Made by a program: the position numbers and the translations under genes. Source: Kofleriaceae bacterium (GTDB lineage: Bacteria > Myxococcota_A > Polyangia > Haliangiales > Haliangiaceae). Taken from it: a stretch of 64,000 nt of DNA. Positions 62,925 to 64,000 of the stretch are shown here, in pieces. How positions within the stretch are numbered: position 1 is the stretch's first letter; each line of letters opens with the position of its first letter. The stretch covers positions 1 to 64,000 of the forward strand of contig JBKJLC010000113.1 in the NCBI GenBank assembly GCA_046597055.1. Direction: 5' to 3'. The notes below the pieces were generated by a model. That model did no database searches, had not been told where the DNA came from, and saw only the letters and a program-made list of their open reading frames with translations.

Positions 62925-64000
62925 GAACGGGGGGCGTCGCGCGGGGCGTCGGTCCCGCGCGCGCGGCGGCGGAGCGCGCGCAGCCCGGCGGTCTCGAGGT
63001 GGCGGCGGACCGCGCGGAAGGCGTCGCCGCGGCCGACCTGCGCCAGGTGGCCGCCCGGGAACCAGTGGATCGCGCACTCACCCCAGTGCTGCCACAGCAG
63101 CTCGGCCTGATCCGGCGGCGTGATGCGATCGCCGCGGCCGGCGACGATCATCAGGCGGTCGCGCGACGGCAGCGGCGGACGCGTGGTCGGCGCGTGCACC
63201 GCGAACACGTCGTGGAGCAGCTCGGCCGACACGCCATCGCGCACCGCGCGCCGGTGCTCGGGGGTGGCCGCGCTGTGCCGCCACATGAGGTCACTCATGC
63301 TGACGGCCGGGATCATCGCCACCGCGAACGCGAGCGCGGGATCGACGGTGGCCCACAGCGCGGTCGTGTACGCGCCGAGGCTCATCCCGATGGCCCCGAC
63401 CGAGGGCGCCCCGCGGCGCTCGAGGTGCGCGCGCAGCGCTCGCAGATCGTGGATCGCCTGCCCGAAGCCCTCGTTGGTGCGGATCAGGTTGGCGCTCGGG
63501 AACAGCGCGCCCGAGCGGCCGCGGGTGCCGGGCGTGCCCGGGGCCCGGGCACCATGGAACGGCAGCTGGAACAGCACGACGTCGAAGCCGCGCTCCAGCC
63601 AGTAGCCGACCACGAACGCGCGCTCCTCGAGCCACCAGCTGCCGCCGCCCCAGCCGTGCAGACAGATCATCACCGGCCGATCGCCCTGGCCGTACTGGCG
63701 GGCGTGCACGGTGTGGTTCTCGAGCCAGCGGTGGTGCTCGACCCGGTGGTCGGTGAGGAACGGGCGGTAGCTCGACGTGAACCGCAGGTCGGTGATCGGG
63801 ACCCCGAACGCGTGGCCGTCCGGCGTCGCCACCACGTCGGCCGGCGGTGGGTCTGGAAAGAACGCGCTGGGTTGCCCGAGCGTCCCGGTGCCGTAGCTGC
63901 GCGCGAGCTCGATCATGCGGGTGCGCGCGTGGCTCGCCAGATCGTCGCGGCGCGCCTCGCCCGACATCCGGCGGTTCATCACCCGGAGCACGCCGCGATC
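62921..64000 (-). CDS. Alpha/beta hydrolase (5' end probably outside the window)
   Basis: LHGWGG, LPFHGAR, GMSLGAY, DRITPP, GGH. Confidence 0.85.

Overview
A very GC-rich bacterial chromosomal segment. Gene content (TSP3-repeat outer-membrane protein, Hanks kinases, PrkA, Cys-rich lipoproteins, myxobacterial-type pilin fold) points to Myxococcota; this is an inference. The first ~1.9 kb is a visibly more AT-rich, decayed accessory patch. It holds integron gene-cassette attC sites with no integrase in the window, a two-ORF cassette (VOC protein plus DUF3052-like protein), and a broken IS110/IS1111-type element abutting a truncated attC. The rest is mainly housekeeping and metabolism: dinB, hemJ-like, pdhA-pdhB-pdhC-lpdA, MFS, queD, AI-2E, a BBE-like FAD oxidase, glutathione peroxidase, two B12-binding radical SAM genes, M61 peptidase, a Ser/Thr kinase, prkA, hisS, pyrC-like/carA, a di-heme peroxidase, a dipeptidase and yitJ. 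The most notable items are: (i) a divergent periplasmic nitrate reductase locus (napD-napA-duplicated tetraheme napB-ferredoxin) back-to-back with a tetraheme cytochrome/NrfC/NrfD module, with no napC or napH; (ii) a kinase-globin-alpha/beta-hydrolase-cyclase fusion in which only the kinase motifs are intact, colliding without stop codons with a TSP3-repeat outer-membrane protein gene; (iii) a small Sm/LSm-like protein; (iv) a probably inactive PyrC'; (v) a window-wide pattern of TAnnnT -10 boxes 6-9 nt before start codons, suggesting leaderless mRNAs. No rRNA, tRNA or CRISPR array was found. All calls come from motif reading only; no searches were run.
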